64,000 nt of DNA from Pseudomonadota bacterium. GTDB lineage: Bacteria > Pseudomonadota > Gammaproteobacteria > Burkholderiales > JABEVD01. A program made the translations under genes and the position numbers. Positions 1 to 9,196 of this stretch are shown in pieces. How positions within the stretch are numbered: the stretch's first letter is position 1; each line of letters opens with the position of its first letter. The notes under the pieces were generated by a model, which did not search any database, was not told the DNA's origin, and saw nothing but the letters and a program-made list of their open reading frames with translations. The stretch is taken from positions 28,251-92,250 of the forward strand of contig JAJZQY010000004.1 in assembly GCA_021806605.1 (NCBI GenBank), given 5' to 3'.

Positions 1-828
1 CGCCTGGGTGCGCTTTGTGACAGCTTCATTGGCAATCGGCTGATTGGATGGCATGACCTTGTATGCGTTCGGAATGGCGGCATAATCCGGCAGGGTGTAC
101 GTTGTATGATGGTAAGTGTAACTTCCGCCATTCTGGCAGACGCTCTGCACATTGGAACTTGTAGCGCTCGGATTGATCGCCTGCAGCGAAGTCAAATTGA
201 CGTTCCCGTAACCACGAATGCCTATTCTTCCCGGCTGATAGCCGAAACCTGTCGCCGTGTTGTCGCTCTGATTCAAGAAGTTGCCATACTCGTCAATACC
301 CAGGCCGAGGTAGGCGCCCATCATGCCGTTGTAGGGCGAATTCGTGTTGGAACAACTGTAGCCTAGGCTCCCCCCCCAGGATCCCAGGTTCGGTGCCTGG
401 GTGCCGTTCAGGATATAAAATCCGATGCCGTCGGCACCATGCCCCCCGCTGTTGTCGCCGCCGTAGGTATAGGTCGTGAAGGTGACCTGCACCCCCTGAT
501 CGGAGGGAAACGGGGTGTTCAGGATGACCCCGCCGTTTTCATGATAATACGGATAACCGTTGGTGAATCTCAGCGCACCTGAACCGGTGGGGTCCGTATT
601 GTTTGTCAGCCCCACTTGCGTTTGAGTGCCATAATAAGCCAGTCCATTGCAGGCGGGGATGCTGCCCGTTCCGTTTCCCGCAGTCAGGCATGCGCCATTC
701 AGAGCGATCCAGGAAAGGCTGGCGGAACCGCCGGTGAAATTGTCCTTGAGGACAACCGATGCGCCCATGCTGGCCATAGGTGTCATCAACATGATCAGCA
801 GAATTGCTGCAGCCCTGACTATTTTCAT
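1..828 (-). CDS. pilY1: PilY1/PilC-like type IV pilus tip adhesin, N-terminal 276 codons only (the gene continues past the window start)
   Basis: I checked the frame codon by codon: it is open from the ATG at 828 to position 1 with no stop. The ORF track misses it because no stop lies in the window. It has a signal peptide (MKIVRAAAILLIMLMTPMASMGA) followed by L-type-lectin/ConA-like motifs: GALRFTNG, GVQVTFTTYTYGG, GADGIGFYILNG, GSLGYS and YLGLGIDEYGNF. It starts 2 nt after the pilX stop, which fits the fimT-pilVWX-pilY1 order. The PilY1 C-terminal domain is not visible. Confidence 0.6.
   Translation of the reverse strand, partial: MKIVRAAAILLIMLMTPMASMGASVVLKDNFTGGSASLSWIALNGACLTAGNGTGSIPACNGLAYYGTQTQVGLTNNTDPTGSGALRFTNGYPYYHENGGVILNTPFPSDQGVQVTFTTYTYGGDNSGGHGADGIGFYILNGTQAPNLGSWGGSLGYSCSNTNSPYNGMMGAYLGLGIDEYGNFLNQSDNTATGFGYQPGRIGIRGYGNVNLTSLQAINPSATSSNVQSVCQNGGSYTYHHTTYTLPDYAAIPNAYKVMPSNQPIANEAVTKRTQA
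370..377 (-). repeat. Homopolymeric tract, C8 on plus = G8 in the pilY1 coding strand
   Basis: Direct reading gives ctCCCCCCCCagg, encoding TCC TGG GGG GGG AGC (S-W-G-G-S). It is the longest homopolymer I saw in the window. A second G6 tract lies at 442-447. Confidence 0.9.
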
Positions 829-830
829 GG

Positions 831-1355
831 TTAGCTCCCGCCAAGTGAATGGGTTTGCTGGGAAACGCTGTACACGGTTTGCAGTACCGCGACAGCGTTG
901 GTGTTTCCGCCTACCGCGGCGGCAGTAATCAGAAACAGCGTTGCCTGGCTGCTGTTCACGCCCATGTACTGGATGTAATAGACCGGGTTGGCAGCATAAG
1001 TATCGACGCCGCCGGTTGCACTGATGCAGGATGGGGTGCTCGCCGCACATGGCAGCGAAAAGTTCACCCCCGAGGTCCACGGCCAGCTTGTCGAGTTCAG
1101 GAGTGCATTGGTGCATATGGCCGGGGTGCTGTACATCCCCGAACAGCTGACCGGGCTCGTCGAACCGTTGTTCGCGAGCCATGATTCGGCATAATTGATC
1201 GCGGTCTGCGCAGATTCCACCGCCCTGCTCTTCTCGCGCAGGTTGCCCGCCATCATTTTGTCGGTAGTGAACCCGTGAAACATGCTCAAACCCAGCAGCG
1301 TCATGATGACAAGAAAAATCAGGCTGGCGACAAGTACAAATCCGTTCCTTCTCAT
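831..1355 (-). CDS. pilX: Type IV pilus minor pilin / assembly protein PilX
   Basis: This uses the internal ATG at 1355 of track ORF 831..1700. The N-terminus MRRNGFVLVASLIFLVIMTLLGLSMF is a PilX_N-type hydrophobic anchor. The operon position between pilW and pilY1 supports the call. Confidence 0.75.
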   Translation of the reverse strand: MRRNGFVLVASLIFLVIMTLLGLSMFHGFTTDKMMAGNLREKSRAVESAQTAINYAESWLANNGSTSPVSCSGMYSTPAICTNALLNSTSWPWTSGVNFSLPCAASTPSCISATGGVDTYAANPVYYIQYMGVNSSQATLFLITAAAVGGNTNAVAVLQTVYSVSQQTHSLGGS

Positions 1356-1357
1356 GG

Positions 1358-2071
1358 CTATAATCCGTTCATGATGGCAACCGTATGCGACAGGGTGACG
1401 CTTGCCGGCTGGTTCGGCTGTTGTGCCAGCGGGTTGCTGAAATTCAAGGTCAGATTGACCGTTTTCACGGCAGACCAGTCCGTCACTGCGGATGCGGTAA
1501 GGTATTCTGTCACCGACCCGGAACCCGTCGTGTCCACGCCATAGAGCACCGTCATACCGGAGACTCCGGCAACCAGCGGGATGGACGCGGCACTGCCACT
1601 TTCTGTGCAGTACAGGTACGGATTGCTGTTGTCGGCCGGATTGGCGGCAATGCTGAACGTGTCCGTATAGAAGCTTCCCGCCAGAGCAGATCCTGTACAC
1701 CCCTGATAATTGCTGGCTGCGCTGACCTGAAAGCGGACAGAAAGCGTGTCTGTGCCGGGAGAGCCCCCTGTAGTCCCGGATAGCGTCTGCCCCATGGCAA
1801 ACACGCCGGACAGGGGGAACGGCGACGAGTTTATCGTCAGCGGATTGGTGTAGGGCGGCTGGGCATAGATGTAATATCCCGCGCCTTGTATGGCATTTCC
1901 CAGAAAAGTCATCGCCATCCGCTCGCTATCCTGGAGACTGGACAAGCCCTGGCTGGAAATGGAAGTCTGCCGCATGGAATAGAAAACCGTTCCCAATCCA
2001 AGCATGATGAACAGCCCTATGGTAAGGGCGACCATCAATTCGACGAGTCCGATCCCTCGCTCGCTTCTCAT
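1358..2071 (-). CDS. pilW: Type IV pilus minor pilin PilW
   Basis: The ATG at 2071 overlaps the pilV stop (ATGA). The N-terminus is prepilin-type, MRSERG/IGLVELMVALTIGLF, with Glu at +5. Confidence 0.75.
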   Translation of the reverse strand: MRSERGIGLVELMVALTIGLFIMLGLGTVFYSMRQTSISSQGLSSLQDSERMAMTFLGNAIQGAGYYIYAQPPYTNPLTINSSPFPLSGVFAMGQTLSGTTGGSPGTDTLSVRFQVSAASNYQGCTGSALAGSFYTDTFSIAANPADNSNPYLYCTESGSAASIPLVAGVSGMTVLYGVDTTGSGSVTEYLTASAVTDWSAVKTVNLTLNFSNPLAQQPNQPASVTLSHTVAIMNGL

Positions 2072-2598
2072 TGTATGTTCACCATGGTCTGGTAGCTCCG
2101 CGCCCCGGTGGTTCCGCTGGCGAAAATACCCGTCTCCGCACCGGTCGGATTGTTGAGGGCGACGTTGTTTTCGGTCCAGTTGATCTTGATGGTGCAGACA
2201 ACCGAGGTGGTCAAGGCGCAAGCTATGGCCCCGTTGCCGGAAGGCAGCGCCCCGGCCAATGCCTGCCCCCAGTTCTGGAGATCGAAATAGGCCAGCTGGG
2301 AAGCTGTACAGACGACGCCATTGCAATTCCCTCCCGCTGTCAGGACGCCATTCACCGTCACCGTCGAGCCTGAAACCGTGACCGTGGCAGGCACTGTGGT
2401 CGCTCCCCAGAAAGCGGAGTTGCCCTGCATTTCTGCCACCATGCTGGAGGCGGTCAACGCAGCAATGCTTTGATAGCGGGCTCGCTCGGTGTCGTTGATG
2501 GCCAGAATTTGTATGCCGGCCATCCCCAGCACACCGATCATGCCGATGACCAACGCCACCAGCACCTCCAGCATGGAAAAACCGGCTTCTTGTCTCAA
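2068..2598 (-). CDS. pilV: Type IV pilus minor pilin PilV
   Basis: The prepilin motif G/FSMLEVLVALVIG lies upstream of the first ATG. A TTG at 2598 gives the classic leader MRQEAG/FSMLEV and overlaps the fimT stop (TTGA). Confidence 0.75.
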   Translation of the reverse strand: MRQEAGFSMLEVLVALVIGMIGVLGMAGIQILAINDTERARYQSIAALTASSMVAEMQGNSAFWGATTVPATVTVSGSTVTVNGVLTAGGNCNGVVCTASQLAYFDLQNWGQALAGALPSGNGAIACALTTSVVCTIKINWTENNVALNNPTGAETGIFASGTTGARSYQTMVNIQ

Positions 2599-3119
2599 GG
2601 GCAGCCCGATCCTTTGCTTAATACGCTTGAGCCCGCCGCAAAAGCGATGCAGCGGCGCTGCGCCACGTCGTTGTTGGCATCGTGAAGCGTTACCGTACCA
2701 ACCATAAAATTGTACCCGCTTTGCGATATCTGCGCGGCAGCCCCCCCGCTCAGCGTATCCCCTCTTGTGACGCCGGGCGAGACGCGCAGCATCTGCACTG
2801 CAGACGGGGTGGAAGTAAAGCCGGATCCGGTATTGTCGACGTACACCAGCCAGCCAGTCGTCCAGTTCGACGAAGCGGTCGATGTGTTGTTGCTGCAAGT
2901 CGATCCGTCCGAGGTAGAGCAGACATAGACTGGCTGCCCCCGTTTGATTGCTTCGCTGCGGGCGAATTTCATGTCTGCCAGAAACGAATTGATTTCTCCG
3001 CTCATGCGCATACTGGTTGCCATGCTCTGATAAGCTGGCACGCCCGCAGCCAGCATCAAGACAATGATGGCAACAGTGATCAGCATTTCCGTAAGCGTGA
3101 ATCCGGTTTGCAGCATCAT
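2595..3119 (-). CDS. fimT: GspH/FimT-family minor pilin (FimT/FimU-like)
   Basis: The ATG at 3119 gives MMLQTG/FTLTEMLITVAIIVLM, a prepilin cleavage/methylation motif with Glu+5. It is the first gene of the minor-pilin operon. Confidence 0.7.
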   Translation of the reverse strand: MMLQTGFTLTEMLITVAIIVLMLAAGVPAYQSMATSMRMSGEINSFLADMKFARSEAIKRGQPVYVCSTSDGSTCSNNTSTASSNWTTGWLVYVDNTGSGFTSTPSAVQMLRVSPGVTRGDTLSGGAAAQISQSGYNFMVGTVTLHDANNDVAQRRCIAFAAGSSVLSKGSGCP

Positions 3120-3595
3120 TGCAGCCCCTGCCGACCGATTTTTCCCTGCAAAACCCTGGGACATAACAGGCCGCGCAAGCCTCTTTCCACCGACATCCAT
3201 TCGTTGTTCGCCCGATTTCCTGAAAAGGCCGTAGCGCATGAACGCCCGAAATGCACCGATCTTGAAAGAAGGCGCGCATCGGCTGATGCACCTGGATCCG
3301 TCCATGCGAAACGCGTTGAGAATGACTCCGCAGCGGGAGAGAAGAAACGATCCTGTCCGGATTCCGGACCATGAGATCCAACACGCCCGGCGCCGGTCAG
3401 GCGGCCGGTCAGAAAGTGGCCATAATGCTCGGATAGGCTCATATATCCTCTACGGTAACCCCGCTATCCGCTGAAACCGGACCGGAAGCTTTGCGTCCTG
3501 ACATTGCTGCCAGTTTGCCCTTTACATACCTGCAACTTACTCTACACCTAAAATTTATGAAAGTCCATGATTTGGCAATCCAAAATTCAGCCGGC

Positions 3596-4351
3596 TCAAT
3601 TGGCCGAATACTGCTTGATGATGTGCTGCTGACGTCTGCTGATGGGCAATTTTTCCGCCCTGCCGCCCAGGATCACCTTCCAGCCGCCGTCTTCCTCGGC
3701 ATCCTTTTCGAAACCCAGCATGTATTTCTTTGCAACCAGGGTATTGCGATGGATTCGCACGAAATCCTCCCTGAATTCACCTTCCAGACTCAAAAGCGAC
3801 TCCTCGAGCAGGTAAGATTTGTCCTTCGTGTTCAGCGCCACGTACTTGAGTTCCGCCTTCATGTAAATGATGTCAGCGACCGGCACGAGATGAATCTTCC
3901 CCCTTTCCTGGACGGAAAGATGAGTTCTCGGGGCATCCGACATCGCTTGCAACATGTCGAGCGGCAGCGGCCGCATGGCGCTCGCCCTGGACAGCGCATT
4001 GAACAGGCGGCCGAGCCTGATGGGCTTCGTCAGATAATCGACGGCATGCACCTCGAAGGCTTCAAGCGCATGGTCGCTGTATGCCGTGGTAAAGATCACC
4101 GCAGGGGGATTGGGCAGCTTCGTCAGGTACTGGGCGAGTTCGATTCCATCCATGTCGGGCATTCTGATATCGAGCAGCACGACCTCGACTTCGCTCGATT
4201 CGATGAGCTGCAGCGCCTCCAGCCCATTTGCAGCCTCCCCGACGATTTCCAGGGGCAATTTCGACGCGCAGTCCGCCAGGACATCCCTGGCTCTCTGCCT
4301 TGCAGGCTGCTCGTCATCGACGATGAGCACTTTCAATGCTTCGTCAGACAC
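3596..4351 (-). CDS. algR: LytTR-family response regulator AlgR
   Basis: The receiver domain shows KVLIVDDEQPARQR, VVLLDIRMPDMDG and DYLTKP. The C-terminal LytTR domain shows IHLVPVADIIYMKAELKYVAL and FVRIHRNTLV. The start is a GTG at 4351, 8 nt after GGAGA. Adjacency to a divergent argH matches Pseudomonas. Confidence 0.8.
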   Translation of the reverse strand: MSDEALKVLIVDDEQPARQRARDVLADCASKLPLEIVGEAANGLEALQLIESSEVEVVLLDIRMPDMDGIELAQYLTKLPNPPAVIFTTAYSDHALEAFEVHAVDYLTKPIRLGRLFNALSRASAMRPLPLDMLQAMSDAPRTHLSVQERGKIHLVPVADIIYMKAELKYVALNTKDKSYLLEESLLSLEGEFREDFVRIHRNTLVAKKYMLGFEKDAEEDGGWKVILGGRAEKLPISRRQQHIIKQYSAN

Positions 4352-4607
4352 GCTGATTCGTCTCCTGAATATCGGGCAGAAGATGTGGATCTGAAAAGCA
4401 TTGCCGATGATCTCGGTTTTCAGGCTCGATGCCAGGGTATGCCGCATTTTTCGGCAGGGGCTGGCTCACCACGGAAATGCCGGCCCATTCCCGCAGCAGC
4501 CCCTGCCAGGATCCGGATTTCAGCAGAATCGCCAGGATGCGCAGCATGATCCCGGAATTGCGGAAATTCGGCAGCGTGAGGTTTTGATTTATACTATTGG
4601 AATTCAT
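4344..4607 (-). pseudogene. 87-codon ORF, possibly a stub of the AlgZ/FimS-type sensor kinase normally found between algR and argH
   Basis: It occupies the slot where algZ sits in Pseudomonas and overlaps the algR start by 8 nt, as a coupled kinase gene would. Its start, LPNFRNSGIMLRILAILL, is reminiscent of AlgZ-type N-termini, but that is from memory and unverified. No His-kinase or HATPase motifs are present, and only 285 bp exist between algR and argH. Confidence 0.3.
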
Positions 4608-4636
4608 CTACTTATTCTGAACAAGGCGGGAACGGT

Positions 4637-6037
4637 ATGCAAGACCTCCAAAATGAAGGTTCGAATTCGAAAACATGGTCGGGCAGGTTCTCCGAGCCGG
4701 TTGCGGAAATGGTCCAGCGCTTTACCGCCTCGATTTCCTTCGACAAGCGGCTGGCCGAATTCGACATTCAGGGCTCTCTCGCCCATGCGAAAATGCTCCA
4801 TTCTGTCGGCATATTGAGCCGCCGGAACCTCGATGCCATAGAAAACGGGCTCCAGATCATACTGCTTGAAATCCGGGACGGGAAATTCGACTGGTCGCTC
4901 GAGCTGGAGGACGTCCATCTCAATATCGAGAAGCGCCTGACTGCGCTGGTAGGCGATGCCGGGAAGCGCCTGCATACGGCAAGATCCAGAAACGACCAGG
5001 TTGCAACCGACATCCGGCTCTTCCTGCGGCATGAAATCGACGAAATCGACGAATCGATCAAGTCGCTGCAGTCGGCGATCCTCGATCTCGCGGAACAGCA
5101 TGCGGACACCGTGATGCCCGGATTCACCCATCTGCAGGTCGCGCAGCCCGTCAGCTTCGGGCACCATCTGATGGCCTACTTCGAAATGCTCTCTCGCGAC
5201 AGGGAGCGTTTTTCCGATTGCCGCAAACGCGTCAACCGGCTGCCCCTGGGTTCCGCCGCTCTGGCAGGGAGCAGTTACCCCATCGACCGGGAGGGCGTGG
5301 CGAAAATGCTCGGGTTCGAAGGCGTCTGCGAAAATTCGCTGGATGCGGTTTCCGACAGGGATTTCGCGATCGAATTCTGCTCGGCCAGCGCCCTCGTCAT
5401 GACCCACCTTTCGCGCTTTTCCGAGGAATTGATTCTGTGGATGAACCCCGGATTCGGCTTCATCGACATTGCAGACCGCTTCTGCACCGGCTCCTCCATC
5501 ATGCCGCAGAAAAAGAATCCGGACGTTCCGGAGCTGGTCCGGGGAAAAACGGGCAGGATCAACGGGCACCTGATCGCCCTGCTGACGCTGATGAAATCCC
5601 AGCCGCTTGCCTACAACAAGGACAACCAGGAAGACAAGGAGCCGCTTTTCGATGCGGCAGACACGGTCCTGACCAGCCTCAGGATCTATGCCCAGATGAT
5701 TCCCGGGATCAAGGTCAACAAGGACGCCATGCGCCTTGCGGCGAGCCGGGGTTATGCCACCGCAACCGATCTTGCGGACTATCTCGTGAAGAAGGGACTG
5801 CCCTTCCGGGATGCTCACGAAGCCGTGGCGAGGGCCGTGCGCTATTGCGAGGAAAAGGGCTGCGATCTGGGCGAGCTCTCCCTTCAGGAACTGAAGCAGT
5901 TCTCGAATCTGATCGAAGAAGATGCGCGCCAGGTCCTCACCCTGGAAGGCTCCATGGGCAGCCGCGACCATATCGGCGGGACGGCGCCGAAGCAGGTGAT
6001 GGCGGCTATCCTGCGCGCCAGAAAGAATCTTGCCTGA
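4637..6037 (+). CDS. argH: Argininosuccinate lyase
   Basis: The 466-aa product begins [35 protein letters not shown] and carries the [12 protein letters not shown] signature. Confidence 0.97.
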   Translation: MQDLQNEGSNSKTWSGRFSEPVAEMVQRFTASISFDKRLAEFDIQGSLAHAKMLHSVGILSRRNLDAIENGLQIILLEIRDGKFDWSLELEDVHLNIEKRLTALVGDAGKRLHTARSRNDQVATDIRLFLRHEIDEIDESIKSLQSAILDLAEQHADTVMPGFTHLQVAQPVSFGHHLMAYFEMLSRDRERFSDCRKRVNRLPLGSAALAGSSYPIDREGVAKMLGFEGVCENSLDAVSDRDFAIEFCSASALVMTHLSRFSEELILWMNPGFGFIDIADRFCTGSSIMPQKKNPDVPELVRGKTGRINGHLIALLTLMKSQPLAYNKDNQEDKEPLFDAADTVLTSLRIYAQMIPGIKVNKDAMRLAASRGYATATDLADYLVKKGLPFRDAHEAVARAVRYCEEKGCDLGELSLQELKQFSNLIEEDARQVLTLEGSMGSRDHIGGTAPKQVMAAILRARKNLA

Positions 6038-6890
6038 TCTTTGGCGAAGCATCGCATCCGGAATTTCGGATGCGACGGGGGGACCCTTTCTTCCGCTCGG
6101 GAAAAGCGCAATCGGCGGCGGCTGCATCTCGGATGCATGGCTGCTCGAAGGAAATTCAGGGCGCTACTTCGTCAAAACCGGAAAACTGCCTTTCGAACCC
6201 GAAGCCGCTGGGCTTGAAGCGATCGGCAAAGCAGTGCGCACCCCCGGCGTGATTTGCCTAGGGTGTCATGAGGGCCGCCACTGGCTGGCTCTGGAATATG
6301 TCGAAATGAGCCGGGAAGTCATGCGGTTCGATCTTCTCGGCGCGAGTCTCGCAGCCCTTCACCGGGTCCCATCAGGACAGTTCGGTTGGGATATCGACAA
6401 TCTCATCGGCTCCACGCCACAGATCAATGCGCCTTCGAAAGACTGGATCGAATTCTGGAAAGCGAGGCGACTGGGCTTCCAGTTCGATCTTGCCAGAAGA
6501 AACGGCTGCGATTTCGGGCGCAGGGCGGAAGAGCTGATGGAAAATCTGGATGCATTCTTTGTCGGCCACAAGCCTTCGCCTTCCCTGCTGCACGGCGACC
6601 TGTGGCGGGGAAACGCCGGATTCGATGCATCGGGGCGTCCCGTGCTGTACGATCCCGCAGTCTACTTCGGGGACCGCGAAGCCGATATCGCGATGACCGA
6701 ACTCTTCGGCGGCTTTCCGCGGGAATTCTACTCGGCCTACATCGAGTCCTTCCCGCTAGACCCGGGGTATGGGACGAGAAAGACGCTCTATAATCTGTAT
6801 CATGTGCTGAACCACCTCAACCTGTTCGGTTCAGGCTACCTGCATCAGGCAGCATCGATGATCGATGCGCTACTCGCCGAAATCAGGTGA
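6030..6890 (+). CDS. Fructosamine/ketosamine-3-kinase family protein
   Basis: The sequence [18 protein letters not shown] and [13 protein letters not shown] aligns in my reading with YniA-type kinases. The TTG start at 6030 overlaps the argH end by 8 nt. Confidence 0.85.
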   Translation: MPDLWRSIASGISDATGGPFLPLGKSAIGGGCISDAWLLEGNSGRYFVKTGKLPFEPEAAGLEAIGKAVRTPGVICLGCHEGRHWLALEYVEMSREVMRFDLLGASLAALHRVPSGQFGWDIDNLIGSTPQINAPSKDWIEFWKARRLGFQFDLARRNGCDFGRRAEELMENLDAFFVGHKPSPSLLHGDLWRGNAGFDASGRPVLYDPAVYFGDREADIAMTELFGGFPREFYSAYIESFPLDPGYGTRKTLYNLYHVLNHLNLFGSGYLHQAASMIDALLAEIR

Positions 6891-6893
6891 ATC

Positions 6894-6913
6894 AGGGACT
6901 GCCGACAGTCCCT
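6894..6913. terminator. Shared hairpin between convergent genes (8-bp stem, 4-nt loop)
   Basis: AGGGACTG-ccga-CAGTCCCT lies between the kinase stop (6890) and the grxD stop (6912). There is no clear U-tract on either side. Confidence 0.35.
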
Positions 6914-7217
6914 ACTTCAGCATTTCCTGCAATTCTCCCGACTGGAACAGTTCGATCATGATGTCCGAGCCGCCGACGAATTCGCCGTTGACATAAAGCT
7001 GCGGAATGGTCGGCCAGTTGGCGTACTCCTTGATTCCCTGGCGAATTTCAGGGTTGGCGAGCACGTCGACGCTGAAGAAATCCTGAACGCCGCAACGCTT
7101 CAGAAGGTTCACGGCATTCGCCGAAAAACCGCATTGCGGAAACTGGGGCGTCCCCTTCATGTAAAGCACGACATGATTGCCCGTGACCTGACTCCTGATT
7201 GTGTCCTGTATGTCCAT
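6912..7217 (-). CDS. grxD: Grx4-family monothiol glutaredoxin
   Basis: The product has the CGFS active site (PQCGFS) and the WPTIPQLYVNGEFVGGSDI motif. Confidence 0.93.
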   Translation of the reverse strand: MDIQDTIRSQVTGNHVVLYMKGTPQFPQCGFSANAVNLLKRCGVQDFFSVDVLANPEIRQGIKEYANWPTIPQLYVNGEFVGGSDIMIELFQSGELQEMLK

Positions 7218-7268
7218 GGAAGCTCCGTAAAATCCGACAAAAATAGTGAGATAAAGTGTACCCGCCGT

Positions 7269-8108
7269 TCACCCTGCGGTCAATCTTCCGCCGCTGACGC
7301 GCTCGATTCCGGAAAGATCCTGCCAGGAACCCACTTCGGCAAGCTTTTCCGAAAGAAGCTCCCGGCAAATTTCACCTTGGTCGTAGCCGTGCTCGAAAAG
7401 CAGCCATCCTCCGGGTTCGAGATGATGGGGGGCCGCTTCGATTATGTTTCTGATCGCATCCAGACCGTCCTTGCCGCTCGTCAATGCAAGCGCCGGCTCG
7501 AATTTCAGGTTCGCAAGATGCGCGTCCCCTTCCGCAATGTAAGGCGGATTGGACAGGATCAGATCGAATTTCTCCCCCTGGAGCGCAGCGAACCAGTCGC
7601 TTTCCACAAACCGGATGTTTCCCAGACCCTCCCCGTTCTGTTTCGCCACGGCAAGCGCAGACGCTGATTTGTCGACCGCGGTGACTGTCGCACGCTGCCT
7701 GTGTCTTGCCACCGAAATTCCGACGATTCCGCTTCCGGTTCCAAGGTCGAGCACCCTGAAAGCCCCCTGCTCCGGAATGCGTTCGAGGGCAAGGTCGACC
7801 AGCAGCTCCGTCTCCGGCCTCGGAACGAGAACCTCTTTCGTCACCTTGAACCCGATGCCGTAAAACTCCCTGCAACCCAGAATATAGGCGACCGGCTCGC
7901 CCGTTAACCTTCTTTCGACCATGGCTTCGAATTTCGGGAGCGCTTCCGGATCGACTGGATCCGTGGCGTGGGCAATGAGCCAGGCGCGGCCGACGCTCAA
8001 GGCAGACGCAAGGAGCGCCCTGGCCTCGACGCCCACGCTTGCGGCATCGAGATCGAGCGCCCTGGCCATCCTGTCGGCAGCCAGCTTCAGGGCTTGGGCG
8101 ACGTTCAA
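7269..8108 (-). CDS. prmC: Release-factor glutamine N5-methyltransferase PrmC/HemK
   Basis: The product shows [17 protein letters not shown] and the NPPY motif (LSNPPYI). The TTG start overlaps the prfA stop (TTGA). Confidence 0.9.
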   Translation of the reverse strand: MNVAQALKLAADRMARALDLDAASVGVEARALLASALSVGRAWLIAHATDPVDPEALPKFEAMVERRLTGEPVAYILGCREFYGIGFKVTKEVLVPRPETELLVDLALERIPEQGAFRVLDLGTGSGIVGISVARHRQRATVTAVDKSASALAVAKQNGEGLGNIRFVESDWFAALQGEKFDLILSNPPYIAEGDAHLANLKFEPALALTSGKDGLDAIRNIIEAAPHHLEPGGWLLFEHGYDQGEICRELLSEKLAEVGSWQDLSGIERVSGGRLTAG

Positions 8109-9196
8109 CCCAGCCTGACCTCTTCAGACATCGCCGCAAGCATGTCGGCCTGATGCTGCGCCATCAACGCGCCGGTCAGCTCGAACAAGTCGCCATCCAT
8201 GATTTCGTCGATCTTGTAGAGGGTCAAGTTGATCCTGTGGTCGGTGACCCGCCCCTGCGGAAAATTGTACGTCCTGATGCGCTCGGAACGGTCTCCGCTG
8301 CCCACCAGTGATTTTCTTGCAGCGGCCTGTTGCGACTGCTGCTCGGCCACCTGCCTGTCCCTGATTCTCGCAGCCAGAACCGACATCGCCTGGGCCTTGT
8401 TCTTATGCTGGGAACGGTCGTCCTGGCATTCCACGACCACCCCCGTGGGAAGGTGCGTGATCCTGACCGCAGAATCGGTTTTGTTGATGTGCTGTCCTCC
8501 AGCGCCACTGGCCCTGAAGGTATCGATCCTGAGATCGGCCGGATTCAGCACCACATCGTCGACGGCATCGACTTCGGGAAGAATCGCAACCGTGCAGGCC
8601 GAAGTGTGGATCCTGCCCTGGGTTTCCGTCGCGGGGACGCGCTGCACGCGATGCGCCCCGGATTCGAACTTGAGCTTGGAATAGGCGCCATGCCCGACGA
8701 TCTTGGCGATGATTTCCTTGTATCCGCCCGCTTCGCTGGGGCTTTGCGAAATGATTTCGACCCCCCAGCGATTTCGCTCCGCGAAACGGCTGTACATCCT
8801 GAAAAGGTCTCCCGCGAAAAGCGCGGATTCGTCTCCGCCTGTCCCTGCCCGGATTTCCAGGAAAAGGTTGCGCTCGTCGTTGGCATCCTTCGGCAGCAGC
8901 AGCTTCTGAAGCTCCGATGAAATCCTGGCGAGCCTTTCCTTCCCCTCCCGCAACTCGGCCTCGCCGAATTCCCGCATCGAAGGGTCGCCGACCATTTCCT
9001 GGGCAGTTGCGATGTCTTCCTCGCATTTTTCGTATTCGCCGTAAAGCGCAACGACGGGAGCGATTTCCGCATGCTCGCGGCTGAGCTTCCTGTAGTTGTC
9101 CAGGTTGCTGGTTGCCGATTCGCTGGAAAGCAGACGATCAAGCTCGACGAGTCGCTCGCGCAGCCGGGCGAGCTTGGCCGCGATGGTTTTGTTCAT
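8105..9196 (-). CDS. prfA: Peptide chain release factor 1
   Basis: The product has the PATE-type tripeptide ([13 protein letters not shown]), the GGQ motif ([11 protein letters not shown]) and is 363 aa long. Confidence 0.97.
   Translation of the reverse strand: MNKTIAAKLARLRERLVELDRLLSSESATSNLDNYRKLSREHAEIAPVVALYGEYEKCEEDIATAQEMVGDPSMREFGEAELREGKERLARISSELQKLLLPKDANDERNLFLEIRAGTGGDESALFAGDLFRMYSRFAERNRWGVEIISQSPSEAGGYKEIIAKIVGHGAYSKLKFESGAHRVQRVPATETQGRIHTSACTVAILPEVDAVDDVVLNPADLRIDTFRASGAGGQHINKTDSAVRITHLPTGVVVECQDDRSQHKNKAQAMSVLAARIRDRQVAEQQSQQAAARKSLVGSGDRSERIRTYNFPQGRVTDHRINLTLYKIDEIMDGDLFELTGALMAQHQADMLAAMSEEVRLG

Noticed and set aside
2741-2747. G/C heptamer runs in fimT (2741-2747), the oxidoreductase (14211-14217), the tonB-like gene (33505-33511) and ubiH (56714-56720), considered as phase-variation tracts
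   Set aside because: They encode Gly/Pro pairs in a GC-rich genome and occur in housekeeping genes. They serve mainly as a control that lowers the weight of the pilY1 G8 observation.
3116-3474. ORFs of 108 aa (minus) and 78 aa (plus) in the fimT-algR spacer
   Set aside because: They have no ribosome-binding sites, no motifs and arbitrary composition, and they overlap each other on opposite strands. I treat the region as regulatory spacer.
4604-6127. A 507-aa ORF antisense to argH
   Set aside because: The argH frame has the lyase signature and full-length family similarity. The antisense frame has none.
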